Source of the DNA: Bdellovibrionota bacterium
Lineage (GTDB): Bacteria; Bdellovibrionota_C; UBA2361; CAKMMH01
Assembly: GCA_050952645.1 (NCBI GenBank)
Contig: JBMNLI010000017.1
Location: 70,164-134,163, forward strand
Direction of reading: 5' to 3'
Length of the DNA stretch: 64,000 bases
In this document: positions 8,517 to 18,461 of the stretch, one piece after another
Layout: every line of letters begins with the position of its first letter
How positions within the stretch are numbered: position 1 is the first letter of the stretch
Translations under genes and position numbers: made by a program
Notes under the pieces: generated by a model
The model's input: only the letters and a program-made list of their open reading frames with translations
Databases searched by the model: none
Told to the model about the DNA's origin: nothing

Positions 8517-9962
8517 TTAACTTCCTAAAAAAACATACGAAAACAAAAATCCTTTTCTAAACTGCTCTATACTAAAAGACTCATTGTCTGCATGAATATT
8601 ATCCTCATCTAACCCAAACCCTACGAGAATTGGTGCATTTTTAACGTATTTAGCAAACTTTGCAATAATAGGAATAGAACCCCCCTCATACCAATACTTA
8701 ACATCTTCACATAAAACATTTAAAACCTCTAAGGCTTTTTGTATTCCATCACTCTTAGTAGACATCACAAATGAAGACGCCCCACTGCCCTCTCCAATAA
8801 TTTCTAGTTTTAATCCCGATTTATTATGCTTTTCAAGATGTTCTTTTACCTTTAAAAATACGTCTCTAGGGTCTTGCTCCCCTACTAGCCTACAAGATAT
8901 TTTAGCCTTTGCAAATGGGGGTATCGAGTTCGTAATATCCTTTTCATTGCTAGCGCCAGCCTGTAAATATAGTATATCGAGCGTCGGTCTAAGCCCCGAG
9001 CGAACATTAGCGTTCGTTATATAAGTCTCGCCCCCTGTCGGATATACTCCCGTAATTTCAAAACACTTCTTGTTATCAAACTTAGAAATTTTATCGTAAG
9101 GAATGTCTTTTAAGTCTAATACTCCATCATAAAAACCATCTACCGCCACACGCCCGTCTTCTAAGTGTAAAGTCCCTATAAGTCTGCATAACTCCACTGC
9201 AGGATTTTTTAAAACTCCGCCAAAAGTTCCAGAATGGAAGCCAGAGTTAGCACCCATTAGCTTTACGTCCATAGACATTATTCCTCGAAGCCCTACTACT
9301 ATGCCACCAATTTTTTCACTCACTGCTCCAGTATCGCAAGCTAATAAATAATCGCTCTTTAAATCATCTTTAATGCTCTCTAAAACATTAGCAGTATTTT
9401 CGCTCCCACACTCTTCTTCACCATCTATAAAAATTTTCACATTATAATTCAATTTCCCTTCTTTAATTAAACTTTCTAATGCACAAAGAACGTAGCAAAG
9501 CTGCCCCTTGTTGTCTTGAGCTCCCCTAGCATACATTCTTCCATCGATAATTATAGGCTCAAATGGCTCCGTAAGCCAACTACTCTCTATTACAGGTTGC
9601 ACATCGTAGTGGCCATAAATTAAAATCGTAGGTTTCTCTTTAGAAACTACACGCTCGCCAAACACTGAAAAATTACCTCTAGTTTCTATAAGTTTGCTTT
9701 TAAAGCCCATTTTTATAAGGTAATCGCTAAACTTATTAGCACAAGCGTCGCACTCAGCCCTATAAGAAGCATCTAAACTTATACTAGGAATTTTTAAAAA
9801 ATCACTTAATACATTTAAAAAGGAATATTGATTATCCTTAAAAATTTCATCCGCTTTGCTAAAAAGTTTTTTAAGAATAATTTCATCTATTATTTTACTA
9901 GTTATATTATTTGTGGTTTTATTTATCGTCTTATTTATCGTCTCCATATTCCCTAACTCCAT
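8517..9962 (-). CDS. M20 family metallopeptidase (dipeptidase/Sapep-like)
   Basis: IYGHYDVQPV, RGAQDNKGQL and the DGEEECGSE metal-binding motifs are typical of M20A; the protein is 481 aa. Confidence 0.8.
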   Translation of the reverse strand: MELGNMETINKTINKTTNNITSKIIDEIILKKLFSKADEIFKDNQYSFLNVLSDFLKIPSISLDASYRAECDACANKFSDYLIKMGFKSKLIETRGNFSVFGERVVSKEKPTILIYGHYDVQPVIESSWLTEPFEPIIIDGRMYARGAQDNKGQLCYVLCALESLIKEGKLNYNVKIFIDGEEECGSENTANVLESIKDDLKSDYLLACDTGAVSEKIGGIVVGLRGIMSMDVKLMGANSGFHSGTFGGVLKNPAVELCRLIGTLHLEDGRVAVDGFYDGVLDLKDIPYDKISKFDNKKCFEITGVYPTGGETYITNANVRSGLRPTLDILYLQAGASNEKDITNSIPPFAKAKISCRLVGEQDPRDVFLKVKEHLEKHNKSGLKLEIIGEGSGASSFVMSTKSDGIQKALEVLNVLCEDVKYWYEGGSIPIIAKFAKYVKNAPILVGFGLDEDNIHADNESFSIEQFRKGFLFSYVFLGS

Positions 9963-10105
9963 ATTTAAAAACTCGCAAAAGAAAGCAAAGCTCTATTTTT
10001 TTTATATTTTTAACATTTTATATATCTTACTTGTTGTCGAAATAAAGTTAAAGATGTAATATAATTGTATTGTATGTTTTAATAAGTTTTAGGAGCATTT
10101 AGAAG

Positions 10106-10636
10106 ATGAAAAAATTTTTGTGTATAGCATTATCATTAGTATTAAGTTTTAATTTAAGCGGTTGTTCCCTATTCGGTTCAAGTTCAGGCTCAGATGATGG
10201 CATGAACGGAAATAGAATCGACTCCATTTCAGAACAAGAGCTTAATAGTAAATTTGCAAACCGCTTTGGTGATGGCTCAGTTCCATCTGCCGAGGGGAAT
10301 GATCTTTTTAGAGACTTAAGATTTGGCTACGATTCCTCTAAAATTTCAGACGCATCTAGACAAGATTTAGATTACAATATCGAAATTTTAAAAAGCAATC
10401 CAAATATTTACGTTCAACTAGAGGGACATTGCGACGAAAGAGGAACTGCTGAATATAATATGGCTTTAGGAGAAAAAAGAGCAAACTCAGTATATGAAGC
10501 ATTAGTTATGTACGGCATAGCACCAAATAGATTAACTACTATTAGCTACGGAGAAGAGGTTCCTTTAGATAATGGTCAAACTGAAGAAGCGTATGCAAAA
10601 AATAGAAGAGTTCACTTTTCTGCATATACTAAATAA
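10106..10636 (+). CDS. pal: peptidoglycan-associated lipoprotein (OmpA-family C-terminal domain)
   Basis: A lipobox (LSGCS) follows the signal peptide. The OmpA-like motif LEGHCDERGTAEYNMALGEKRANSVYEAL..NRRV is present. Confidence 0.8.
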   Translation: MKKFLCIALSLVLSFNLSGCSLFGSSSGSDDGMNGNRIDSISEQELNSKFANRFGDGSVPSAEGNDLFRDLRFGYDSSKISDASRQDLDYNIEILKSNPNIYVQLEGHCDERGTAEYNMALGEKRANSVYEALVMYGIAPNRLTTISYGEEVPLDNGQTEEAYAKNRRVHFSAYTK

Positions 10637-10850
10637 AAATAATTAAAATAAATAATTAAATAAATCTAAGCAGACAATAATTTTTAAAAAAATAATTTTA
10701 AAAAATTTAAATTTCTAAAACTAGAGTTTAATGAGTTGTCTGCTTTTTGATTTATAATTCATAGATTTATAATTACTAATTTATAATTAGTTATAGTTAA
10801 TTATTTTGCTCGTTTGACTAAAGTTATTTTAGTGCTTATTATCATCACTT

Positions 10851-12839
10851 ATGTTTAAAAATAAGAAAAATAAAACCAAAAATATAAAAAACATAATTAT
10901 TAAAAACGAAAATATTAACGACACTAGTATCAAAACTAGATTACTAGACGAAGTAGATTACCCAAAAGACATTAAAAATTTTAGCATTCTTAAATTAACT
11001 AAATTAGCTTCAGAATTAAGAAGAGAGCTTATAGATAAAATATCTCTCTGTGGCGGACATTTCGCATCAAGCCTAGGAGCTACCGAACTTACGGTAGCCT
11101 TACACCACTTCTACGACACTCCACACGATAAACTTATTTGGGATGTAGGTCATCAAGGTTATATCCATAAACTACTTACAGGAAGAAAAAATGATATCGG
11201 AAACATAAGAAAAAAAGGACATATTAGTGGCTTTTTAAAACGAGAAGAAAGCCCGTTCGATACCTTTGCTAGCGGACACGCTGGAAATAGCATTTCAGCT
11301 GGAGTTGGAATAGCCGAAGCATTTAAAAAAAATAATAACCCACATACCGTTATTTCTATAATCGGCGATGCTTCGATTTCTTCTGGAATGTCATTCGAGG
11401 CGTTAAATAACGCTGGGGCATTGAAACTAGATAATTTTATCGTAATATTAAACGATAACGAAATGTCTATCTCAGAAAATGTTGGCGCTATAAAATGGAT
11501 ACTTAACAAAGGAAGCGTATCTAATATCCCTACAAAGTTAAGAACGAGAATAAAAAGATTACACACTAAAGGCATACTACCAACGTTTATTTATAAAATT
11601 TTTGCTAGATTAGAACTCGCCTTTAAAGGCATTATCTCCACACCTGCTATGCTTTTTGAAAGCTTTGGATTTAGATATATAGGTCCTGTAGATGGACATA
11701 ATATAGAAAAACTTCTTAACGCTTTTACGATGGCAAAAAATCAAGACTCACCAGTTCTCCTCCACGTAAAAACCATAAAAGGTAAAGGCTTTAAAGAGGC
11801 AGAAGAAAACCCTACCGCTTGGCATGCTTGCAATCCATTTTACCCAGCAAATGGAAAGGCTAGAAATATAAAGGATAAACTTACGCCAACGTATACAGAG
11901 GTTTTTGCTCATACCGTAAAAAATCTTATAAAAAATGACAAAAATATTATCGCCATAACCGCCGCAATGCTAACTGGAACGGGGCTAAATAACGTTAAAA
12001 ATAAATACCCAGAGAACGTATACGATGTCGGTATTGCAGAAGAACACGCAGTAACTTTTGCAGGAGGTCTCGCAACTGAAGGAAAAAAACCCATTGTAGC
12101 CATCTACTCAACATTTATGCAACGTGCATTCGACCAAATTTTACACGACATAGCACTCCAAAATTTACCAGTAGTATTTGCACTAGATAGAGCTGGCGTA
12201 GTAGGAGCAGATGGAGAAACTCACCAGGGAGCATTCGATGTTTCATACTTAAGATTTATTCCTAATATGGTTTTAATAGCTCCAAAAGACGGAAATGAGC
12301 TTCAAGATATGGTATATTCCGCTACTAAGTATAATAAACCCGTGGCTATAAGGTATAAGCGAGGAGAAGCAGAAAATACAAAATTAAGCGAAAACTTTAA
12401 CAATATTCCTTTAGGCAAGGCTGAAATTTTACAGAGAGGAGAAAAAGTTCTAATCATTTTTTATGGTCAAGTTTATGATTTAGTAAAAGCAGCAAGCTTG
12501 CGTCTATACAATGAAACTAACGTATATCCTACCATTGTAAATGCAAGGTTTGCTAAACCACTAGATGAAAAGTTGCTAATTAGCGAAATGAAAAAACACG
12601 ATATAATATGCACAGTAGAAGATCAAAGCTTAATAGGAGGCTTTGGAAGCGCCGTAGTGGAGCTAGCATCTGATAATAATTTAAATATCTCTATAAAAAG
12701 GTTCGGGATTAAAGATCTGTTCGTTCCTCACGGAACTCAAAAAGAACAATACGATTTTTGCGGATTTTCCGAAGATCATATATACAATTACTTACAAAGC
12801 AAGGTAAGAAACTTTGTTTTATATAAGAAAGCTAATTAA
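10851..12839 (+). CDS. dxs: 1-deoxy-D-xylulose-5-phosphate synthase
   Basis: The TPP-binding GHxGxSxSAG-like motif (GHAGNSISAGVGIAEA), GDASISSGMSFEALN, a transketolase pyrimidine domain (DVGIAEEHAVTFAGGLA) and a C-terminal domain are present across 662 aa. Confidence 0.9.
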   Translation: MFKNKKNKTKNIKNIIIKNENINDTSIKTRLLDEVDYPKDIKNFSILKLTKLASELRRELIDKISLCGGHFASSLGATELTVALHHFYDTPHDKLIWDVGHQGYIHKLLTGRKNDIGNIRKKGHISGFLKREESPFDTFASGHAGNSISAGVGIAEAFKKNNNPHTVISIIGDASISSGMSFEALNNAGALKLDNFIVILNDNEMSISENVGAIKWILNKGSVSNIPTKLRTRIKRLHTKGILPTFIYKIFARLELAFKGIISTPAMLFESFGFRYIGPVDGHNIEKLLNAFTMAKNQDSPVLLHVKTIKGKGFKEAEENPTAWHACNPFYPANGKARNIKDKLTPTYTEVFAHTVKNLIKNDKNIIAITAAMLTGTGLNNVKNKYPENVYDVGIAEEHAVTFAGGLATEGKKPIVAIYSTFMQRAFDQILHDIALQNLPVVFALDRAGVVGADGETHQGAFDVSYLRFIPNMVLIAPKDGNELQDMVYSATKYNKPVAIRYKRGEAENTKLSENFNNIPLGKAEILQRGEKVLIIFYGQVYDLVKAASLRLYNETNVYPTIVNARFAKPLDEKLLISEMKKHDIICTVEDQSLIGGFGSAVVELASDNNLNISIKRFGIKDLFVPHGTQKEQYDFCGFSEDHIYNYLQSKVRNFVLYKKAN

Positions 12840-12862
12840 CATTAGCGTACACAAAGAAATAA

Positions 12863-14437
12863 TTAAAAGCTAGTTCTTGTGAGCAATTTTACGACTTTAT
12901 AATTTGACACTTTATAGCCACTTTCTTTTGCTAGCCTTTGTAAATTATCCCCTTTATCTCTATATCCTAAAATAAGGTATCTTAAAGTTCTGCTTTCTAT
13001 AAGTTTTGATAAATCTTCATTAGAATAAAAAATCTTATACCTTTCTATTTCCTCTTTAGTTAATTTATGCGCTATATTTCTAGCAAAATGATTCTCTAAC
13101 CCTTGCAAGCTTAAAACATCCATACCTATTAAATACCCTGGCCAAGATGAAAATATTAGTAGTTTCTCATTTCCTTTTCTCTTCCCATCTTCTAAATACA
13201 CATAGCTAGCTACATTTTTTATTTGCTCATCTAAATTTTTAGGGCGCCAAAGTGTCGGTTCTTTTCTCGTGTATATCCCCGATACATTTATGCCAGTTAA
13301 TGTATATCTTTGAAACTCTACTACTGAGTTTATTAAATAAAAAGCTAGCACTAGGCTAAATAAAAACTTATAAACTTGCATATTTAAAAAATTTTTTTCA
13401 TTTATACATATGTAAATTATAAGAAACGGAATCACTACTACGAAATACTGCGCAAATACTGGAGTAGGTAAAAATGATACTAAAAACAATAATATTATTA
13501 AATATAGATATATACTTTTAAAATCTATTTTTTTAAGACACATTAAGAAAAACAAAAGAGCAAACTGCAAGCTTATATCCCCAGTGTTTTCAACTCCTGA
13601 AAAAAAAGAATAAAATTTTTTTATCTTTTGATGAAATCCAGAGATAAGCCCTGCTCTATTTCTTAGAGCGTGGTACGTTAAATTATTAAAAATAAACTCA
13701 TTAAAATGCACAATCATTACGTAAAGCGTTGGAATAAATCCTACTAAATTACCTAAAAGCAATAACTTTACTAACCTAGTAAATTCTTTTTTATCAAGCT
13801 CGTTATCAAGCTCGTTATCAAGCTTGTTATCAAGCTTGTTATCAAGCTTATTTCTATTATCAAAATATAAGAATGCTAAAAATATAAACTCGCAAAGAAC
13901 TACATAACTTCTAATTTGAAAAGCTATAGATAGGAAAAAGCCTATAAGAAAATATTTATACTTAAGCTTACTTTCATAAACTCTTAAAGCTAATAGTAAA
14001 AATAAAATTGCTAAGGAATAATTTTTTATAATTGAAAAATATGCTATTACTAAATCACTCGATATATAAAGCAATACACCTAAAAGCCCACTTAATATAT
14101 TTCTCTTTACCCTTATTATATCAAAGATTAAATATCCAATTAACGCTGCTACTAGAGCAGAAAATAATCTTAAAATTTGCCAAGATTCTCCTAAAACATA
14201 ACTCCAAGCGGCAAGAAAATATGGGTATAAAAATGCTTGAGGAAAAAAGAAATCTTTATAAGGAGTTTGTCCTTGCAACACGGCCTTACCTGCATAAGCA
14301 AAATAGCCCTCATCTCCTGCGATAAAACGAAGGTCGACCGCTACTACATAAAAATATATAAGTAAAAATATTACGACAAGATTTGAAGATAAAGCCGTAG
14401 CATGCTTTTTATTTAATGTTTTCATTAAATTTTTCAT
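12863..14437 (-). CDS. GT39/PMT-family (ArnT-like) polytopic membrane glycosyltransferase; the start is trimmed to MKNLMK
   Basis: There are 10 or more transmembrane segments, an N-terminal loop with a DE motif (AGDEGYFAYAG) and a C-terminal soluble domain. An in-frame 12-bp tandem repeat at 13793-13851 encodes (D/N)KLDNKLDNELDNELD. The long ORF overlaps the iscU-like gene, so the internal start at 14437 is preferred. Confidence 0.6.
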   Translation of the reverse strand: MKNLMKTLNKKHATALSSNLVVIFLLIYFYVVAVDLRFIAGDEGYFAYAGKAVLQGQTPYKDFFFPQAFLYPYFLAAWSYVLGESWQILRLFSALVAALIGYLIFDIIRVKRNILSGLLGVLLYISSDLVIAYFSIIKNYSLAILFLLLALRVYESKLKYKYFLIGFFLSIAFQIRSYVVLCEFIFLAFLYFDNRNKLDNKLDNKLDNELDNELDKKEFTRLVKLLLLGNLVGFIPTLYVMIVHFNEFIFNNLTYHALRNRAGLISGFHQKIKKFYSFFSGVENTGDISLQFALLFFLMCLKKIDFKSIYLYLIILLFLVSFLPTPVFAQYFVVVIPFLIIYICINEKNFLNMQVYKFLFSLVLAFYLINSVVEFQRYTLTGINVSGIYTRKEPTLWRPKNLDEQIKNVASYVYLEDGKRKGNEKLLIFSSWPGYLIGMDVLSLQGLENHFARNIAHKLTKEEIERYKIFYSNEDLSKLIESRTLRYLILGYRDKGDNLQRLAKESGYKVSNYKVVKLLTRTSF

Positions 14438-14915
14438 TACATTCCTTACCGCAATGCTCACAGTTAGGTTTTTTATAATGCCCAGATTTATAATCAACAA
14501 GGGCCCGCTTTACGGCTTCCCACCCTAACATTGCACATTTTATTCTAGCAGAAAATTTCCTAACGCCTGAAAGCGAAGTTAAATCACCTAGCTTTTCTAG
14601 CTCTTCCTCTCTTTTTTCACCTTTTAGCATATTTTGATAAAGTTCAAAAAGAGCTTCGGCAGTTTCTATGTCTTTTCCCTCTAATAACTCGCACATCATA
14701 GAAGCGGCAGCTTGGCTTATCGAACACCCTTTCCCAGAAAAAGCGATCTTTTTGATTTTACTATCTTCTATTTTCACACACACATTTATTTGATCACCAC
14801 ATAAAGGATTATACAAATTAGCACTAGTGTTAGAATCATCTAAAGAGCCAAAACATCTAGGGTTTTTAAAATGATCAACTATTACCTCTTGGTACAACTC
14901 ATCTAACTCAGACAT
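14409..14915 (-). CDS. IscU/SufU-like Fe-S cluster assembly scaffold with a Cys-rich C-terminal extension
   Basis: The NifU N-terminal pattern NPLCGDQI..FSGKGCSISQAAASMM and a C-terminal CEHCGKEC motif are present. Confidence 0.75.
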   Translation of the reverse strand: MSELDELYQEVIVDHFKNPRCFGSLDDSNTSANLYNPLCGDQINVCVKIEDSKIKKIAFSGKGCSISQAAASMMCELLEGKDIETAEALFELYQNMLKGEKREEELEKLGDLTSLSGVRKFSARIKCAMLGWEAVKRALVDYKSGHYKKPNCEHCGKECNEKFNENIK

Positions 14916-15080
14916 CTGCTACCTACTATTAAAATTAAATTAAAATTTCTTGTTTACTTATAATACGCTATTAGTTTATTACTTATTATTTTAATAATCA
15001 AGTAACAAACTAAAGGATGTTAAGCCTTTTAAAATTATCTCTGTTTTATTATAATAATTTATTACGAAAGAAAAAGTTAT

Positions 15081-15500
15081 TTGAAAAAATGGAGCATAAA
15101 AGCTATGGATATACAAACCGATAACTCTTGCATCATATGTGGGAAAAATAATAAACACGGATTAAATGTAAAATTTACTCTAGATAAAGAAAACAAGACC
15201 GCATTTACTAACGTTACGATTGGCAAAATGTTTAACGGATATGATGGTATCGTTCACGGTGGGATAGTTTGCGCTCTGCTAGATGAGGCCGGATTTTACG
15301 CAGCTAGAACTCTCGATGTTATCACGGTAACTATGAGTTTAAACACTAAATTTAAAAAACCCACCCCTATAAATACAGAACTATACTTAGAGGGAAAGGT
15401 TCTAGAGAGACGCTCTAGAAGCGTTATCACTCATTCTAAAATTATGCTAGGTAGCAATGTTTTAGCTGAAGCTAAAGGAGAGTTTTTTATTAAAAAATAA
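15081..15500 (+). CDS. PaaI-type hot-dog fold thioesterase with an N-terminal CxxC zinc-ribbon-like motif
   Basis: IVHGGIVCALLDEAGFYAA matches the hot-dog thioesterase signature; CIICGK precedes it. Confidence 0.65.
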   Translation: MKKWSIKAMDIQTDNSCIICGKNNKHGLNVKFTLDKENKTAFTNVTIGKMFNGYDGIVHGGIVCALLDEAGFYAARTLDVITVTMSLNTKFKKPTPINTELYLEGKVLERRSRSVITHSKIMLGSNVLAEAKGEFFIKK

Positions 15501-15530
15501 TTTTTTTAAGAAACTTACTAAAATTTATAT

Positions 15531-16082
15531 TTAAAGCATTTTGTAAAATAAATATTTTAGAATCATAAATGATGTAGATTTTTGACTAGTACCAATGACG
15601 CTAAGTTCGCAAAGGACTTTTTCTTTATTTACCTCTTGCTTCCTTTTGCTTTTTATACAAACACCTCGCCTTACATTATTATTTTTAGGAATGTTTCTAA
15701 GAGACATAAATGGCAATTTTTTAAATCTAATCTTATCTATAAGATTATCTCGTTTAATATAATTTTCAACGCATCCTTCATCGTCTACAATTACGTAAGC
15801 TATATCATCTTTTTGTTGTTTTAAGTCTGTAAATAATTTATTGTAAAAAGCCTTATCTTTCTTATCTAAAAAACTAACTTTTACATTTTGACGTTTAGTC
15901 CCGTTTTTAACATCTGCCTTAACATCTACTATAAATCCCCTATCGCACTTTCCATTTTTGCAATATAAGTGTGCTTGATAGCCCTCAAGAAGATCTTCTT
16001 CTTGCATATATGCTGGAAAAGCAATAATAGAAATTAGAAACAATACACTAATGTAAGATAATAAAAATAATAACCGTTTCAT
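15531..16082 (-). CDS. secreted hypothetical protein (signal peptide, Lys-rich)
   Basis: N-terminal MKRLLFLLSYISVLFLISIIAFPA. No recognisable domain was found. Confidence 0.4.
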   Translation of the reverse strand: MKRLLFLLSYISVLFLISIIAFPAYMQEEDLLEGYQAHLYCKNGKCDRGFIVDVKADVKNGTKRQNVKVSFLDKKDKAFYNKLFTDLKQQKDDIAYVIVDDEGCVENYIKRDNLIDKIRFKKLPFMSLRNIPKNNNVRRGVCIKSKRKQEVNKEKVLCELSVIGTSQKSTSFMILKYLFYKML

Positions 16083-16301
16083 ATAATATCCTAAAATATT
16101 AGCTCTAAAATATTTAATCTACACTCAAATATTTAAGATTATAAAAAACTGCGATAAGTTTCACTTTTTTTCGATTTTACTTGATTTTACTTGATTTTAT
16201 AGCCTAAAAAAGGGTAAAATGATTAACTTGTGTTGTATTTTTTTTGAAATATTTTAGTAAAATTTTAAGAGATAATAAACAAAACAAAAAAAACAAAAAA
16301 A

Positions 16302-18347
16302 ATGACTCTATCAGATATAGCAAAAAACATAATCGGCAATGAAGAAAAAATCTTAAGCGATACTTTAGCTAAAATTAAGGAAAGTAGCGTAGATATGGCG
16401 AGAAGAACCGATATAGAAAAAGAAAGGGCTAGCGAGCTTACGAAAGCCTTAGTAAATGCTAAAACTGACGAAGATAGACAACTTTTAGCATCTGATGAGA
16501 GCGTTTCTCATAGCCTAGTAGGAAAAAAGTTAGAGCAAATAGATATATTACATAAGCAATACGACAAACCATACTTTGCAAGGTTTGAGCTTGAAGAGGA
16601 GATAAAGGGGCAAAAAACGACCGTTGAATATAAACTAGGCTTTTATGGAAACACGGATTGCAGAATTATCGATTGGCGAAAAGCTCCCATTTCAAAGCTT
16701 TACTATGAATATAAAGAGGGAGAAGAGTTTTTTGAAATTATTCAGGGAAAAGAAAGACAAGGCATCGTAAAATTAAAAAATAAATTAGAAATAGAAAAAT
16801 CAGTTTTAAATAGGATATCTAGTTCAAAAGGAAATTTTATCAAGAAAGATGGCTCGTGGGAAGAGATGCAAGGTTCGTTTAGAAGCTATGAACAAGGTAG
16901 CCAATCGTATCTTCCAAACGTTATTTCTTTAATCACAGCAGAACAATTTCAAATGATAACAGAGGATGCAAAAACAGCAGTGCTTATTCAAGGAGTTGCA
17001 GGTTCTGGGAAAACTACCGTTGCACTTCATAGACTTGCTTGGCTTTTACATGAGGATAACTCAGACCTGAAAGCACACGAGGTAGTAGTAATAGTGCTTC
17101 ATAACTCACTAAAATCATTTATCCTTGAAACTTTGCCATCTATGGCAATTCATAATGTTAGAATCTTAACTTTCACCGAATGGGCAACAGAGACTATAAA
17201 AAACGAACTCCCAGAGCTTTGCAGAGTTGAGGAACATACTCAAAAAACTTACTTAAAAATCGCCACTTCTCCTTGTCCTATTTCTATATCTAGAGTAAAA
17301 AGCTCAATGGCGATGCTTAAATCTCTAGAAAGCCACTTGCTTTATAAAAAATCATCAGGGCAAAAAATAGCCGACCCATTAAAAGAGATCTTAAATTTAT
17401 TAGCTAATCCTGAAGATTTAATTTCTAGAGATACCACTAAACTAATCTCTAGAGAGATTATAAAACAAAGCTATGAGAGAAGTGTAGTAAATTTTCAAAA
17501 CAATCAAATCGATGAATCAGATATTCCACTTATACTAAGACTTTTACAAATTAAAAACGATGGAGTTTACTTGCCATCAAGGTTAGTAGGAAAATACAAG
17601 CATATAGTAGTAGATGAGATACAAGATTTTAGTGCTACTAATCTTGCCTGCATAATAGGTGGAGTAGAGACTACGAACGACTTAACTTTAGTAGGCGATA
17701 TAGCACAAAGTGCAAACGAGGCTTCCTTATTTCCTGGCTGGGATACGCTAAAAAAAGAGTGGAATTTTAGAGATTCTATGTCTAGGTATATTAGTTTAAC
17801 TGTAAGCCATCGCTCGACGCTCCCTATTATGAAGCTAGCAGATTACGTTCAAAACAGGCACCTTGTCAAAACTGGAAGAGCTGGAAGAACTCCTATTTGG
17901 TTTCAATCTTTTAGAGAGCAAAAAGGACTTAAGGCTATAATAAATTGGCTTTTGCAAGCTACTGAAAAGTATCCATCTGCAACGACTTGTGTAATATGCA
18001 GAGATGCGAAAGAAGCAAAGTATGCTTTTTCTTTATTAGAGCCTACCTTTGGTTCAATAATAAGAGTTGGTGATAAGGATAATTTTTCATTCGCTGAAGG
18101 GATTATCGTTACGGAAATATCGGAAATTAAGGGATTAGAGTTTTGCAATGTTGTGATATGGAATCCTACGACGAAAAGTTATCCAAACGATGAAATATCT
18201 AGGAATTTACTTTATATAGCGATTACTAGAGCACAGGAAAATTTAAATATTACCACTTGGGGCAAGCCCTCTTTACTACTTCCTAATATCAACTCAAAAC
18301 TCGTTAGAGGCGTTCTTTTAAGCGATGAGATTTTAGAAGAAAAATGA
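16302..18347 (+). CDS. helD: HelD-like (helicase IV) UvrD-family helicase
   Basis: The N-terminal HelD hallmarks PYFARFE and RIIDWRKAPIS (DWR motif) are present. Walker A (GVAGSGKTTVALHRLAWLL), DExx (HIVVDEIQDF) and C-terminal YIAITRAQENL are also present. Confidence 0.7.
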   Translation: MTLSDIAKNIIGNEEKILSDTLAKIKESSVDMARRTDIEKERASELTKALVNAKTDEDRQLLASDESVSHSLVGKKLEQIDILHKQYDKPYFARFELEEEIKGQKTTVEYKLGFYGNTDCRIIDWRKAPISKLYYEYKEGEEFFEIIQGKERQGIVKLKNKLEIEKSVLNRISSSKGNFIKKDGSWEEMQGSFRSYEQGSQSYLPNVISLITAEQFQMITEDAKTAVLIQGVAGSGKTTVALHRLAWLLHEDNSDLKAHEVVVIVLHNSLKSFILETLPSMAIHNVRILTFTEWATETIKNELPELCRVEEHTQKTYLKIATSPCPISISRVKSSMAMLKSLESHLLYKKSSGQKIADPLKEILNLLANPEDLISRDTTKLISREIIKQSYERSVVNFQNNQIDESDIPLILRLLQIKNDGVYLPSRLVGKYKHIVVDEIQDFSATNLACIIGGVETTNDLTLVGDIAQSANEASLFPGWDTLKKEWNFRDSMSRYISLTVSHRSTLPIMKLADYVQNRHLVKTGRAGRTPIWFQSFREQKGLKAIINWLLQATEKYPSATTCVICRDAKEAKYAFSLLEPTFGSIIRVGDKDNFSFAEGIIVTEISEIKGLEFCNVVIWNPTTKSYPNDEISRNLLYIAITRAQENLNITTWGKPSLLLPNINSKLVRGVLLSDEILEEK

Positions 18348-18461
18348 TTATAGAAAAATGATTATAGAAAGAGAGAGAGAAAAAAAAGAGAGAAAAAAAA
18401 AGAAAGAGTACCAACAAGACTCCCTACAAATATAATTTTCTTTAATTTTAAATTTAATTTC

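Noticed and set aside
11159-12103. Minus-strand ORFs (138 aa and 64 aa) inside dxs
   Set aside because: They are antisense to a highly conserved, well-supported gene and have low-complexity composition.
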